64,000 nucleotides of DNA, from assembly GCA_964612215.1 (NCBI GenBank), contig CAZTEW010000001.1, positions 12,432 to 76,431 on the forward strand, given 5' to 3'. The position numbers and the translations under genes were made by a program. This DNA comes from an uncultured Gammaproteobacteria bacterium. Lineage in GTDB: Bacteria; Patescibacteriota; Microgenomatia; CAZTEW01. Shown here in pieces: positions 1 to 9,039 of this stretch (position 1 is the stretch's first letter; each line of letters opens with the position of its first letter). Under the pieces are notes generated by a model. It was not told where the DNA came from and did not search any database. It saw nothing but the letters and a program-made list of their open reading frames with translations.

Positions 1-1243
1 GGGTGTTGGGTTGGGAATAAATTGCCAGAAAAGCCGCCAGCCAGGCTAAAGTACCGATGCTGACCGTTGCCTGGACAATCTTTTTCCACGGCAGCCGGAG
101 TTGTTCCCAAAACCAAGCGCTCCAAAGACAAAAAAGCGGGTAAAGGGGGAGAAGATAGCGCATGAATTTGACGCTAAATCTGCCGACGACCAAAAAGTAA
201 GCGAGGAAAAAAACCACCAGAATTATTTCTTTGGCCTCGATATCTTCTTCGCCCTTGATTCTCACCCGCCGATAAAGACTCAAGAAATACCAGGCGGTGG
301 CCAAGAAACTCATCGTTCCCAAGGTAATGCCCATGCCCCAAAGATATAAATTTTTGAGGTGATAAAGATAAGGGACAGTATCCACATATTGGAGAGTAAA
401 GGGGAAAGTGAAAGCATCTTTGGTCATTTGGTGTTGAGCCTGGATTTGCTGCCAAAAAGTCGGGAAATCAAGCAGGGCATAGGGTTCGGTTAAAGCAAAA
501 ACAGTGATTGTCGTGAGAAAAACAATCAGGCCGAAGGCAAGTAAAGGCTTAATTATTCTCCAGGTGGCGGTTTTTTTCCTGAAAATAACTAAACTGATTT
601 TCTGCCACCAGCGAGCCGTTTGTTGGCGCCAATATTTGAGAAAAATTAAAACCAGATCAAAAGCAAAAGCAGCGCCGATAGCGCTAACCAAAACTGAGGC
701 GCTGATTTTAGTGGCTAAAGCCAAGCCAAAGCTGATGCCCAGCCAGACAGCTCGCCGCCGGCTTTGTTTTTCATAAAAAAGAATCAATTGGTAAAGAGTC
801 AGGAAGATAAAAAAATTAAGTGGAACATCAACTGCGTAAAAGTGAGAAAGCTGGACCGGCAAGGCGCAAATCGCATAGAGAAAAGCCGCCTTTAACCCGA
901 TTTTTTCGGAAAAAACCCTTTGGCCGATTTTAAAAATCAAGAGCAGGGTTGCCAGGTCAAAAATGACTGATAAAATCCGGCCGACCCAATGCAGGTGGCT
1001 GTAGTGAGCCCACTGAGGACCGAAAATCAGACTGACCAACCAACCGGCAAGTTTTAAAAGATAAAGAGGCAAACTGCCATAAGCAAAAAACTTAGGATTG
1101 AGGTTGCCGGGACGCAAATTCTCCGCCACCATGATAATCATTCTTTCGTCAGGGTGGAGGTGATAACCCTGGTCCCAGTTAAGGCCATAGAGGCGGAGAA
1201 TGGCGCCAAATGCCAGAATCATGAATAATGAATTACGAATCAT
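1..1243 (-). CDS. GT-C fold membrane glycosyltransferase (GT39 PMT/ArnT-like), 3' end cut by window edge
   Basis: Own minus-strand translation from ATG at 1243 reads MIRNSLFMILAFGAILRLYGLNWDQGYHLHPDERMII..YGSLPLYLLK..LALATKISA with no stop down to position 1. Absent from the ORF track because no in-window stop. Paralog of the 1248..2774 product (shared WDQGY-HPDE, YGSL, LALATKI motifs). Polytopic. Confidence 0.55.
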   Translation of the reverse strand, partial: MIRNSLFMILAFGAILRLYGLNWDQGYHLHPDERMIIMVAENLRPGNLNPKFFAYGSLPLYLLKLAGWLVSLIFGPQWAHYSHLHWVGRILSVIFDLATLLLIFKIGQRVFSEKIGLKAAFLYAICALPVQLSHFYAVDVPLNFFIFLTLYQLILFYEKQSRRRAVWLGISFGLALATKISASVLVSAIGAAFAFDLVLIFLKYWRQQTARWWQKISLVIFRKKTATWRIIKPLLAFGLIVFLTTITVFALTEPYALLDFPTFWQQIQAQHQMTKDAFTFPFTLQYVDTVPYLYHLKNLYLWGMGITLGTMSFLATAWYFLSLYRRVRIKGEEDIEAKEIILVVFFLAYFLVVGRFSVKFMRYLLPLYPLFCLWSAWFWEQLRLPWKKIVQATVSIGTLAWLAAFLAIYSQPNT

Positions 1244-1247
1244 GAAT

Positions 1248-2774
1248 TTAGATTTCGAGAAGACTTTCATAATCACTTTCCGTGAAAAATTGGGTTTTTT
1301 GGTAAATCCTAATGACCGGGTGGTCAAAAACAGACCAGGTTTCTTCAGCCATTTCATCAGGGATTAAAGGATAAGAGCTAAGCTCTTTGATTTTAAGAAA
1401 ACCTAATTGATTAGCGAAGAGCAAATCATAAAAGCGGCTGGTCAGAGGAAACTGGTTTGGCAAGCGCTGGTGGTTGCTGAACATTCTCCGGCTTTGGACG
1501 ATAAAATAGTCAGCTTCAGCTAAGAGACCAGGCAGTTCTTGCCGGAGGCTGGCTTGCTCGTCAAGATGATAAAAATCAAAGCCGACTTTTTTCAAACTGC
1601 CGGTTAGCGGTACTTCCAGCATGTTGCCGGATTCGGTCAGAACGGTTGCTGCCGCCGGCAGATTGGCATTCAGCCAGTCAGTCGCGGTGATTCTGACATC
1701 AGGCCGGAGATAGATAGAGAAAAAGATCAAAGTCCAGAGAAAGTTAGTAAAAAGTAAAAAGTAAAAAGTAAAAAGTAAAAATTTATTTTTTATTTTTTTA
1801 TATAAATAAGCGGTGAAGATGGCGAAAAAGGGAAAGCTGGGAGCAATAAAGCGGGTCCATTTGGCAAAAAGAAAAGCATGGGGTAGAAAAAGGAGCAGAA
1901 AAGCAGCGACAACCAAACGCCAATTCGGATTTCTGATGGCCAGAAAAAAACCGATGGTTCCCAAAAGCAAAACCGCTGGTCCGAGAGCGTAAGGGAGAAT
2001 TTTCTGAAACTGGAAAAGAACAGGCAGGGTGTTAATGAACTGGCGAGTGTAAAAAACTACTGGTTGGCCGCGGCCGACACCAGTTTCATAATTTAAAGAA
2101 TGGGAGAAAGCAGAGTAATCCAGCAGGCTATAAGGGAAAGCGCAAAAGAAAACAAAACCGGCAAGGAAAAGAGGAACGATCACTTTTTCGATTAAAAGAA
2201 AAGGTTTCGTTAAAACGAAAAATAACAAAATTGGTAGCCAAAACAAAACAGTAATTTTGGTAGCCAGAGCCAGACCAAAGCTGGCTGCGGCAAGATAAAG
2301 AAATTTGAGTTTTTTTGTTTTTTGGTACTGCATACCCAAATAAAGAAATAAAAATAGCCAAAAGGTCAAGTTAGATTCTGGGGTGGCAAAATGAGCTTGC
2401 TGGATTAGGCCAGGGAGAGTGGCGCTGAGCGCGGCCGCGAGAAGCGCCTGTTTGGGAAAGAGCCGGCGGGCAATTAAATAAACAAGAATAATCGTTAAAG
2501 TGGAAAAAAGAGCGGCGTAAAAACGGCCAATAATAATAGCGGGTAGCGTGTGGCCGATGGCGGCCAGCAGCAGCTTGGTGAAATAAATGAGATAAACAGT
2601 TAATGAGCCGTAAGAGAAAAGCTCAGGGTTCATCTGGCGGGGAAAAGAGAGTCTTTCAACTGCCGCGGCAAGATGGTATTCGTCCGGATGGAAGAAGTAA
2701 CCCTGACCCCAGTCAAGCTTAAAAAACCTGAAAAAGCCGCTAATCAGAATAATCAAGAGAAGTTTAAACGACAT
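1248..2774 (-). CDS. GT-C fold membrane glycosyltransferase (GT39 PMT/ArnT-like)
   Basis: 508 aa, more than 10 predicted TM helices. N-terminal loop motif DWGQGYFFHPDE, then YGSLTVYLIYF. Tandem paralog of the upstream truncated gene. Confidence 0.6.
   Translation of the reverse strand: MSFKLLLIILISGFFRFFKLDWGQGYFFHPDEYHLAAAVERLSFPRQMNPELFSYGSLTVYLIYFTKLLLAAIGHTLPAIIIGRFYAALFSTLTIILVYLIARRLFPKQALLAAALSATLPGLIQQAHFATPESNLTFWLFLFLYLGMQYQKTKKLKFLYLAAASFGLALATKITVLFWLPILLFFVLTKPFLLIEKVIVPLFLAGFVFFCAFPYSLLDYSAFSHSLNYETGVGRGQPVVFYTRQFINTLPVLFQFQKILPYALGPAVLLLGTIGFFLAIRNPNWRLVVAAFLLLFLPHAFLFAKWTRFIAPSFPFFAIFTAYLYKKIKNKFLLFTFYFLLFTNFLWTLIFFSIYLRPDVRITATDWLNANLPAAATVLTESGNMLEVPLTGSLKKVGFDFYHLDEQASLRQELPGLLAEADYFIVQSRRMFSNHQRLPNQFPLTSRFYDLLFANQLGFLKIKELSSYPLIPDEMAEETWSVFDHPVIRIYQKTQFFTESDYESLLEI
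1747..1781. repeat. Heptanucleotide tandem repeat (gtaaaaa)x5 inside GT-C gene
   Basis: Direct read: gt dinucleotide recurs at 1747, 1754, 1761, 1768, 1775. Encodes FLLFTFYFLLFT on the minus strand. Confidence 0.85.
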
Positions 2775-3669
2775 AGATAATGAGGATAGTCATTAATCCC
2801 CAGCCCATGACGCTTAAAGAAAGAGGAATGTCACTGGTCAGGAGCTTCTCCGGCCTTTCGCCGGCCTGTTTCTCATAAATCAGCTGGGCGTAACGCATAA
2901 TGCCGAAAATGACAAAAGGAATCGTGGCGGCCATCAACCACTTTCGGCCCAGAGCCTTAGGGAAGTTAATCACTAAAAATTGAGTTAAGGGCTCGCTGAA
3001 TTCAGGCGGTTCAGTGAAAAAGGTAAAAAGAGCATAAGAGACCAAAGCGGCGTTGGCAAAAGTTGAAGTGTAAAAATCAAGCAGTTGGCGGCGGTAGGCT
3101 AACAGCGCCGGTCTGGTTTTGGCGCCTTCCAAAACCAGTTCTGATCGCCGCTTGCCGGAGGCAATAAAAAGAGCCAGAAAAATAGCGGTGAGCATAAGCC
3201 AAATGGGAACATGAAAGCCGGTCAAGGCCTCGCCGACAAAAATGCGGATGATAAAAGAACTGGCAATGATTAAGATATCAACGACGGCAAATTTTTTTAA
3301 GAAAGAAGAATAAAGAAGGTGCAGGCTGATAAAAAGAAGGCCGAGGAGAAAAACGCTGATGCCTAAAAGCAAGCTGATAATCAAGCCGCTGATCGCCAGA
3401 AAAACAGCTAGCTGAATAGCAGTCTGAGGCTTTATTTTGCCGCTCGCCAGCGGCCGGTGTTTTTTTTGAGGATGGCGTTGGTCATAAGGCAGATCGATTA
3501 AGTCATTAAAAAGATAAGAAGCAGAAGAAAGTAGGCAAAAGACGCCGAACCCGCAAAGACAGCGGAGGAAAATTTCCGGGTTAAGCAGCTGGCCGGTAAA
3601 AATAATGGCGGTAAAAACCAGCGCGTTCTTAATCCACTGACCCGGTCTCAGAGAAGTGATTATAAACAT
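2764..3669 (-). CDS. UbiA-family prenyltransferase, decaprenyl-phosphate phosphoribosyltransferase-like
   Basis: 301 aa polytopic protein. N-terminal RPGQWIKNALVF and NDLIDLPYDQRHP (NDxxDxxxD) motifs, typical of the DPPR synthase branch of UbiA. Confidence 0.6.
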   Translation of the reverse strand: MFIITSLRPGQWIKNALVFTAIIFTGQLLNPEIFLRCLCGFGVFCLLSSASYLFNDLIDLPYDQRHPQKKHRPLASGKIKPQTAIQLAVFLAISGLIISLLLGISVFLLGLLFISLHLLYSSFLKKFAVVDILIIASSFIIRIFVGEALTGFHVPIWLMLTAIFLALFIASGKRRSELVLEGAKTRPALLAYRRQLLDFYTSTFANAALVSYALFTFFTEPPEFSEPLTQFLVINFPKALGRKWLMAATIPFVIFGIMRYAQLIYEKQAGERPEKLLTSDIPLSLSVMGWGLMTILIIYVV

Positions 3670-3734
3670 TATAAAGATTATAAGAGCTTGCTCGCTTCGC
3701 TGTGCTTCCTCTTGTAATTCTCCTTACAGTCAAA

Positions 3735-4958
3735 TTATAACTCGCTTGCGACCTTTTTGCCAATTTCAATCGCATAATTAACGCCTCGATCCCAAGGATA
3801 AATTAAGGACTGGTTAGCCAGAGAGACATTTTTCAGCGGGGTTTTCATCCCTGGCATGATTTTTGAATAATTAATGGGTATGACCGGTTGAGCATAAAGA
3901 TTAGCGAACAGCGAACAGCGAACAGCGAACAGCCTGGGGTTGATTTTTTTCAAATAGGGGAGAAACTCTTTGAGAACTTCATCTTTTTTCATCTTAAAGT
4001 AGCGGTGGTTTTGCGGATAATAGCCGCCAACATAAAGAAGACGGCAGTGATGATAGTACTGCCGATTGATGAAGTTGGTGTGTTCGACTACGGCCACAAA
4101 AGGAAAACCAGGTTCGTTAATATTGAGCCAGTAAGTATTGTCAGTTAAGAACTTTTCTCTAAGAGTTAAAACTAAAACTACGGCGCCGACAAATTTTAAA
4201 GATTGGAGACGGCGACGGTAATCAACTGGCAAATGAGGGGCGATTTTTAGAAATTCCGGCGTCGGCACCGTGACGATGATAGCATCAAAACCCTTTAACT
4301 CACCGAGTTTTTTTATGGTTGTACTTGTCAAAATTTGGCCACCGCTGGCTTTGATTTCCTCAGCCAGGCGGTCAATTAAAACCTGAAAACCGCCTTTTAA
4401 GTAGCCTAATTGTGAACTTCTTTTTTTGATTCTGGCCCAAAACCAAGACATGGCGATTTCATCGGCAAAAGAGCCGAACTTGCTTTGCAGCAGCGGCTGC
4501 CAAAGGGTTTGATAGACGGCTTGGCCGTAATATTTGCGCAGCCATTTTTCCGCCGTGACTTCTTCAAAAGACAGCGCTTTGCTGGCTTTAAGCCAAGCCG
4601 TCGCTAAACCCGCGCGGATTTTTTCCGGCCAGGAAAGGTGTGGAAAAGTCATTAGCGCTAATGGCGAATCAAAGGCAGAAATCCGGTTACTTCGGAAAAT
4701 AGAAGTTTTCGGCTGGTAATAGTGAAGCTGGTTTTGAAGATTAAGTTCGCTGATTAAATTTTGGACATGATGATCAGAAGTGAAAAGGTGGTGATAGAAA
4801 CGTTCTAATGACCATTGCCAGTTTTTTTCTCGAAACCCAGCCGCCAGGCCGCCTAAATAGCCTTCTTTTTCAAAAACAGAAACAGCCTGTCCCTTTTTGG
4901 CCAATTCGTAAGCTGCGGTTAGGCCGGTAATGCCAGCGCCAATAACAGCAATCTTCAT
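3735..4958 (-). CDS. FAD/NAD(P)-binding oxidoreductase (amine-oxidase/protoporphyrinogen-oxidase/UDP-galactopyranose-mutase-like fold)
   Basis: 407 aa. N-terminal Rossmann motif MKIAVIGAGITGLTAAYELAKKGQAVSVFEKEGYLGG. HHLFTSD resembles the UGM PHIFHT signature. Exact family unresolved. Confidence 0.55.
   Translation of the reverse strand: MKIAVIGAGITGLTAAYELAKKGQAVSVFEKEGYLGGLAAGFREKNWQWSLERFYHHLFTSDHHVQNLISELNLQNQLHYYQPKTSIFRSNRISAFDSPLALMTFPHLSWPEKIRAGLATAWLKASKALSFEEVTAEKWLRKYYGQAVYQTLWQPLLQSKFGSFADEIAMSWFWARIKKRSSQLGYLKGGFQVLIDRLAEEIKASGGQILTSTTIKKLGELKGFDAIIVTVPTPEFLKIAPHLPVDYRRRLQSLKFVGAVVLVLTLREKFLTDNTYWLNINEPGFPFVAVVEHTNFINRQYYHHCRLLYVGGYYPQNHRYFKMKKDEVLKEFLPYLKKINPRLFAVRCSLFANLYAQPVIPINYSKIMPGMKTPLKNVSLANQSLIYPWDRGVNYAIEIGKKVASEL
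3903..3930. repeat. Heptanucleotide tandem repeat (agcgaac)x4 inside oxidoreductase gene
   Basis: Direct read at 3903-3930. Encodes AVRCSLFANLY on the minus strand. Confidence 0.85.
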
Positions 4959-4970
4959 AATTAATAATTA

Positions 4971-5447
4971 TCACAGAGCAAAGAGCAATCCGAGGATGAC
5001 GAGTGCGCCGCCAGCCAGAGCGGTGAGCCAGGTGGGTAGAGTGATGCCAGCTTCAGGCAGAGGAATCGGCGTCGGTGTTGGTAAGGCGTCTGGAGGAGCA
5101 GGCGGCGGCGTTGGCGTTGAAGTTGGTCCTGGGGTGGGCGTGGAAGTTGGTCCGGGCGTGCCGGTAGGCGTCGGTGTGCCGGTTGGCGTCGGTGTGCCGG
5201 TTGGCGTCGGTGTGGAGACGCCAGCGACATTAAAGCTTAAAGTGCAGGCGGCAACCGGATCCCTTTCGGCGGGTGGTAGTTGGGTGGGTGTGGCGGTCGG
5301 TTCCAGGGCCGGCGCCGGCTGGGGCGCGGTCGGAGCGACCGGCTGCTGGCGGAGCTGGTAGAGCCGCAAGGCAGTTATCACCGCAATCACCGCCAAGATG
5401 ACGGTCGCGCCTAAAATAAAAATTGTCGTCCGGTTTTTCTTTGGCAT
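4971..5447 (-). CDS. Small Pro/Thr-rich surface protein with N-terminal signal-anchor and C-terminal LPEAG-hydrophobic tail
   Basis: 158 aa. N-terminal TM. TPTPTGTPTPTG tandem repeats (tandem at the DNA level, 5100-5220). C-terminus LPEAGITLPTWLTALAGGALVILGLLFAL. Confidence 0.5.
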   Translation of the reverse strand: MPKKNRTTIFILGATVILAVIAVITALRLYQLRQQPVAPTAPQPAPALEPTATPTQLPPAERDPVAACTLSFNVAGVSTPTPTGTPTPTGTPTPTGTPGPTSTPTPGPTSTPTPPPAPPDALPTPTPIPLPEAGITLPTWLTALAGGALVILGLLFAL

Positions 5448-5451
5448 ATTT

Positions 5452-6843
5452 TTATCTCCAGCCTAGCGAGGGATTTTTTACCATCGCCTCGACCGTATAA
5501 CTACCTGAACTGGGAACTTCATACTGGACATAGAACTTGCCTGATTTTTTGCCGGTCGGTATTTGCCAGCTGCCGGCGTTAAACCGGAAGCGAGCGTCAG
5601 TAATGCCCTGAGGTTCTTCGCAACCGCCAGCGACCGCAAAATAAATTGTCTCGCCGACGCTGATCGTATTGAGATTGGTAATCGGCTGCCAATCCTCATT
5701 AAAAGCCGCCAGGCTGGTACAGCTTAAACTGTATTCTTGACCAGCTTCGCACCCCTCAACACAACCATGATCGCTGTTATGGCAGATGTCAAATCTAATG
5801 TCAGACTGCCAGGCACAATATTGAGGCGGACCATTGGCACTATTAGTATTGCCTCTGGTCCAGACTTCGTCTGGAGTGAGAGTCACTGCTTCGGAAAAAT
5901 CGCCACCGCTACAGAAGCAACTATCATTGTTTTGATGATCACACCAACGAGAAAACCAAACAGCCGTGCCGCTAATTGGCTGGTCAGTATTATTGATGAT
6001 CTTGACGCCGCCTTTATTTGCCTGACATTCTAAAGTGCCGCTGCCGACGCAAGTGCCGCCTTGACATTTGCCGGAAGCGCAATCTGAATCATAAACACAA
6101 CCAGCGTGACTGCCGCAGCTTTTACCACTAGCGCAATTGCCATTATCGACACTGCATGATTCCCAGTGAGCACAATCATTAGGGCCAGAGCAACAACCAG
6201 GTTTGCCAGGTTCTGGTTCAGGTTTACAGACGCTGCAGTTCGGATCATCGGTTTTCATGCATTGCTGGCCTTCGGCACAATCCTTGGTGCCGCTGCAGCA
6301 TTGCGTTCCCGGCGGGCTGGTGGGGCCAGGTGTTAAATCACCAGAACAGGGAGAGTTAGCTGGGTCAGGATTGACTGCTCCGGCGGAACAAGTGTACTGA
6401 TGGGTATCAGCATCACACCAAGTATCTGGCAAATCAATATAATTACAAGCTTGGTCACAGCCCCAGCGGCCGTCGGCATCGCAAGTGCTCCAGCCAGGTT
6501 CATGACCATTACATTTATGTTGGGGATTGTCAGGGTAATTACAGATATTATCGGCCATTTTGCGGACTTCCTGGCGCTGTTTGACTAGGGTCAAAGCCAC
6601 CGGCAGGGAAATGAGAATCAAAGCGATACCGGCAATTGCGGCGGCGACCCGGCCTTTTTTCTTGTTTGCCGCCGGCTTAATTTCCGGAGTTTCTTGGATG
6701 TTCCCCGGCTCTGGCTGTTTGTCAGTTGGCGGTGGCGGTGGCGGTGGCGGTGGTAGCTCAGCTGGCGGCACTGGCTGGCTGGCGGGAGGATTAATACCGG
6801 AAAGAGTTGGCGTTGCTGGCGGATTGGTCGGTTGGTCAGGCAT
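5452..6843 (-). CDS. Cys-rich ectodomain protein with polyproline N-terminal tail and single TM (type II topology)
   Basis: 463 aa. N-terminal about 60 aa Pro-rich including PPPPPPPPP. Then TM, then LVKQRQEVRKMA motif. Extracellular region has more than 50 Cys in CxxGxC-like spacing. 1-nt overlap with the upstream gene. Confidence 0.5.
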   Translation of the reverse strand: MPDQPTNPPATPTLSGINPPASQPVPPAELPPPPPPPPPTDKQPEPGNIQETPEIKPAANKKKGRVAAAIAGIALILISLPVALTLVKQRQEVRKMADNICNYPDNPQHKCNGHEPGWSTCDADGRWGCDQACNYIDLPDTWCDADTHQYTCSAGAVNPDPANSPCSGDLTPGPTSPPGTQCCSGTKDCAEGQQCMKTDDPNCSVCKPEPEPGKPGCCSGPNDCAHWESCSVDNGNCASGKSCGSHAGCVYDSDCASGKCQGGTCVGSGTLECQANKGGVKIINNTDQPISGTAVWFSRWCDHQNNDSCFCSGGDFSEAVTLTPDEVWTRGNTNSANGPPQYCAWQSDIRFDICHNSDHGCVEGCEAGQEYSLSCTSLAAFNEDWQPITNLNTISVGETIYFAVAGGCEEPQGITDARFRFNAGSWQIPTGKKSGKFYVQYEVPSSGSYTVEAMVKNPSLGWR

Positions 6844-8126
6844 TAAGGACTAAATTTAAAGTTTAAAAACAAGCCGCTAAAAATAAGGCTCAATCCCAGT
6901 ATGACAAAGAGAAGAGTGGGTGTCAAGTAGCCTGACTGAGGCACCCCGCTTTCAGTTGACGGCAAAGAAGTTCTTGGAACGCTGGTTGGCGTGGGGCTGG
7001 GGGTTGAAGTTGGCGAAACCTGGCCTGAAGGCGTGGCTGTAAAAGAAGGCAGGTCAGCCTCGCCGGCGGCAAGAATGGTAAATTCGCGGGAAACCGCGGC
7101 GCCGTCAGCGGTAGTAATCGTGATCGTGTGAACACCAGGTTCAAGATTAGCCGGCGGTACCCAGTGCCACTGGCCGTTTTCGTCAATCAAGACTTCGACT
7201 TCGAAGCTGGCTGAAGATTCCAGAATCAGGGTGACGGTTTCACCCTGAAGGCCGGTGCCCTGAAACTCAGGCCTCAAAGTATTTATCCCTTCACCTTCTT
7301 CAGGGTTAAGAATGGTTAACGGACTGATCCCGGGCCGATTGAGATTCAAAGGGTTAAGATTAAAGCCAGAGTTCCGGAATCCGGACGGCTGAGTCGGTTG
7401 AACCAGCGCCGGCCGGCGAAAATCATAAGTCTGGCCGAGAGTGATTTCTGGCACCGGCGAATCGTTTTGGCTGGTGACCAAAACCGTCGCTTCTCCCCAG
7501 CGGCCGGCCTGGACAAAAATTTCCTCGCTAGCGCTAGTACGGTCATAGTCAAAATAGCGAGTCAGGTCAGCGGTTCTGGCCATGCTTAAAGGAATTGTCC
7601 AGTGGCCGTCGGCCTGACTCAAGCCGGAAAGCGGACTGGCGCCAGCCAGGGTTAAATAAACAATCGCTTCCTGGCTAGGAGTGCCATCGGGTTGGAAAAC
7701 CTGGCCGTAGGCGGCGTCAGCCGCCGCTGCGGTCTGAAGATAAGGGCCGGTGGCGACTTCGTAAGGCCGGCCCTGCTGGTCATAGAGTTTCTCACTAGAG
7801 CCAATTTTTAAATAATATTTTGTTTCCGGCTGAAGATTTTCAATTTTTAAATAATGAAGCAAGTTAGTCTGGGTTTGAGTCTGGGTTTGGGTTAGAGAAA
7901 GAGAAGTTCCGTATTTGACAAGACCGACCGTTTCCTGATCAGTGATCCAGGAGACAGTAAAGCTGTTGGCATCAATATTAGTCACTTTAATTTGTTGAGG
8001 GATTGTTTGGGGAGCGGCGCCGAGAAAGCCAGTCCCGCCTTTTCTCAGCAAGAAAAGGCTAGCGGTCACGGCTGTCAGAATTAAAAAAAGGGCCAGGAGA
8101 GTGGGAATTGATTTTTTAGCTTTCAT
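6843..8126 (-). CDS. Surface protein with FN3-like and bacterial Ig-like domains and C-terminal hydrophobic anchor
   Basis: 427 aa. N-terminal signal-anchor. FN3-like FTVSWITDQETVGLVKYGTS..YYLKIGS. Ig-like TVTLILESS..HTITITTADGAAV. PT-rich linker. C-terminus VPQSGYLTPTLLFVILGLSLIF. Confidence 0.5.
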   Translation of the reverse strand: MKAKKSIPTLLALFLILTAVTASLFLLRKGGTGFLGAAPQTIPQQIKVTNIDANSFTVSWITDQETVGLVKYGTSLSLTQTQTQTQTNLLHYLKIENLQPETKYYLKIGSSEKLYDQQGRPYEVATGPYLQTAAAADAAYGQVFQPDGTPSQEAIVYLTLAGASPLSGLSQADGHWTIPLSMARTADLTRYFDYDRTSASEEIFVQAGRWGEATVLVTSQNDSPVPEITLGQTYDFRRPALVQPTQPSGFRNSGFNLNPLNLNRPGISPLTILNPEEGEGINTLRPEFQGTGLQGETVTLILESSASFEVEVLIDENGQWHWVPPANLEPGVHTITITTADGAAVSREFTILAAGEADLPSFTATPSGQVSPTSTPSPTPTSVPRTSLPSTESGVPQSGYLTPTLLFVILGLSLIFSGLFLNFKFSP

Positions 8127-8425
8127 TCTTTTCCAGGCTGGCCGCTAGGATTGGCACTAGAGGTTGTTTCGTTAGCTTCTGCGACCGGCCCTAATTCCTC
8201 CAGCCGGCCTAATTCTTCTTCTGAAATCCGAAGACGTTCTTTAAGCTGGTTGATTACCTCTTGATTTAATTTAGGATCCAAGGGCTGCATTTGTTGATCG
8301 AGAATTTCCGGTAGAGTATATCGAGTTAAAGCTCGGTAAACATCAAAGCCTATCCAGACCGCCACGGTCAGTAAAGTGGAAACAGCTAAGCTGATTAAAT
8401 CGCGGTTGATTTTTTTCTTTTTCAT
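8123..8425 (-). CDS. Small membrane protein (pilus-operon associated, function unknown)
   Basis: 100 aa. MKKKK plus one TM plus charged C-terminal region. 4-nt overlaps on both sides suggest translational coupling. Confidence 0.4.
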   Translation of the reverse strand: MKKKKINRDLISLAVSTLLTVAVWIGFDVYRALTRYTLPEILDQQMQPLDPKLNQEVINQLKERLRISEEELGRLEELGPVAEANETTSSANPSGQPGKE

Positions 8426-9039
8426 GGCAAAGAATAGATTTGAGCCTGAATTGTTAACATAATTGATGTTTCTTCTTCAAGGCCTGACTTTTCTTCAGCA
8501 AAGTCAAAGTTTTTTAAAATTACCAGTCTTTCCAGTTTTTCTAAATCAGTTAAGAATTTTTTTAAATCTTCATAATTGCCAGCGGCGCCAAAATCCACTG
8601 CCAGCGTCAATAGTTCGCTTTTTGGCTCAACAGGCAAGAGATCAGCCTTTTCTAGTTTAAAGCTGATGAGCTGAACGTTGTTTTTATAGGCCAAATATTC
8701 CAGTTGTTTGATGAGCTGAGAAAACTCGCTTTTTTTCGGCAAGGCGGCTTCAATATAGACCAGGTCTGGCTGGACGCGCAAATATTCCTTTTGCGCCAAG
8801 GAAAGAGAATTGATTTTTTGTTCCAGCTTTTGGCTAGCCTCACCCTTATCACGGATTTCCTTGATTAAGCCGCTGATGGTTCTTAAACTCGGCCTAATCG
8901 CGAAAAAGCCGCAAAAAGCGACCGTTAAAAGCGAAACTGCTAAAAAAGTAACATCTTTCACCGCCTGATCTTGATAAAGACCACCCAGGCGATGATAGTA
9001 GCGACGGTATTGGTGGTAAGGCTGTTGGCGATTATTCAT
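8422..9039 (-). CDS. pilO: Type IV pilus assembly protein PilO-like
   Basis: 205 aa. Single N-proximal TM, coiled-coil segment, C-terminal ferredoxin-like region typical of PilO. Immediately follows the PilN-like gene. Confidence 0.5.
   Translation of the reverse strand: MNNRQQPYHQYRRYYHRLGGLYQDQAVKDVTFLAVSLLTVAFCGFFAIRPSLRTISGLIKEIRDKGEASQKLEQKINSLSLAQKEYLRVQPDLVYIEAALPKKSEFSQLIKQLEYLAYKNNVQLISFKLEKADLLPVEPKSELLTLAVDFGAAGNYEDLKKFLTDLEKLERLVILKNFDFAEEKSGLEEETSIMLTIQAQIYSLP

Noticed and set aside
101-776. Track ORFs 101..349(+), 174..455(-), 504..776(+)
   Set aside because: All lie inside, and are out of frame with, the edge-truncated GT-C gene 1..1243(-), which gives a long coherent membrane-protein translation.
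4930-5361. Plus-strand 143-aa Gly/Val-rich ORF (and 6560..6853, 15165..15532 similar)
   Set aside because: These are antisense shadows of the Pro/Thr-rich linkers on the minus strand (GTPT read in reverse gives GVGV). Low complexity, no start context.
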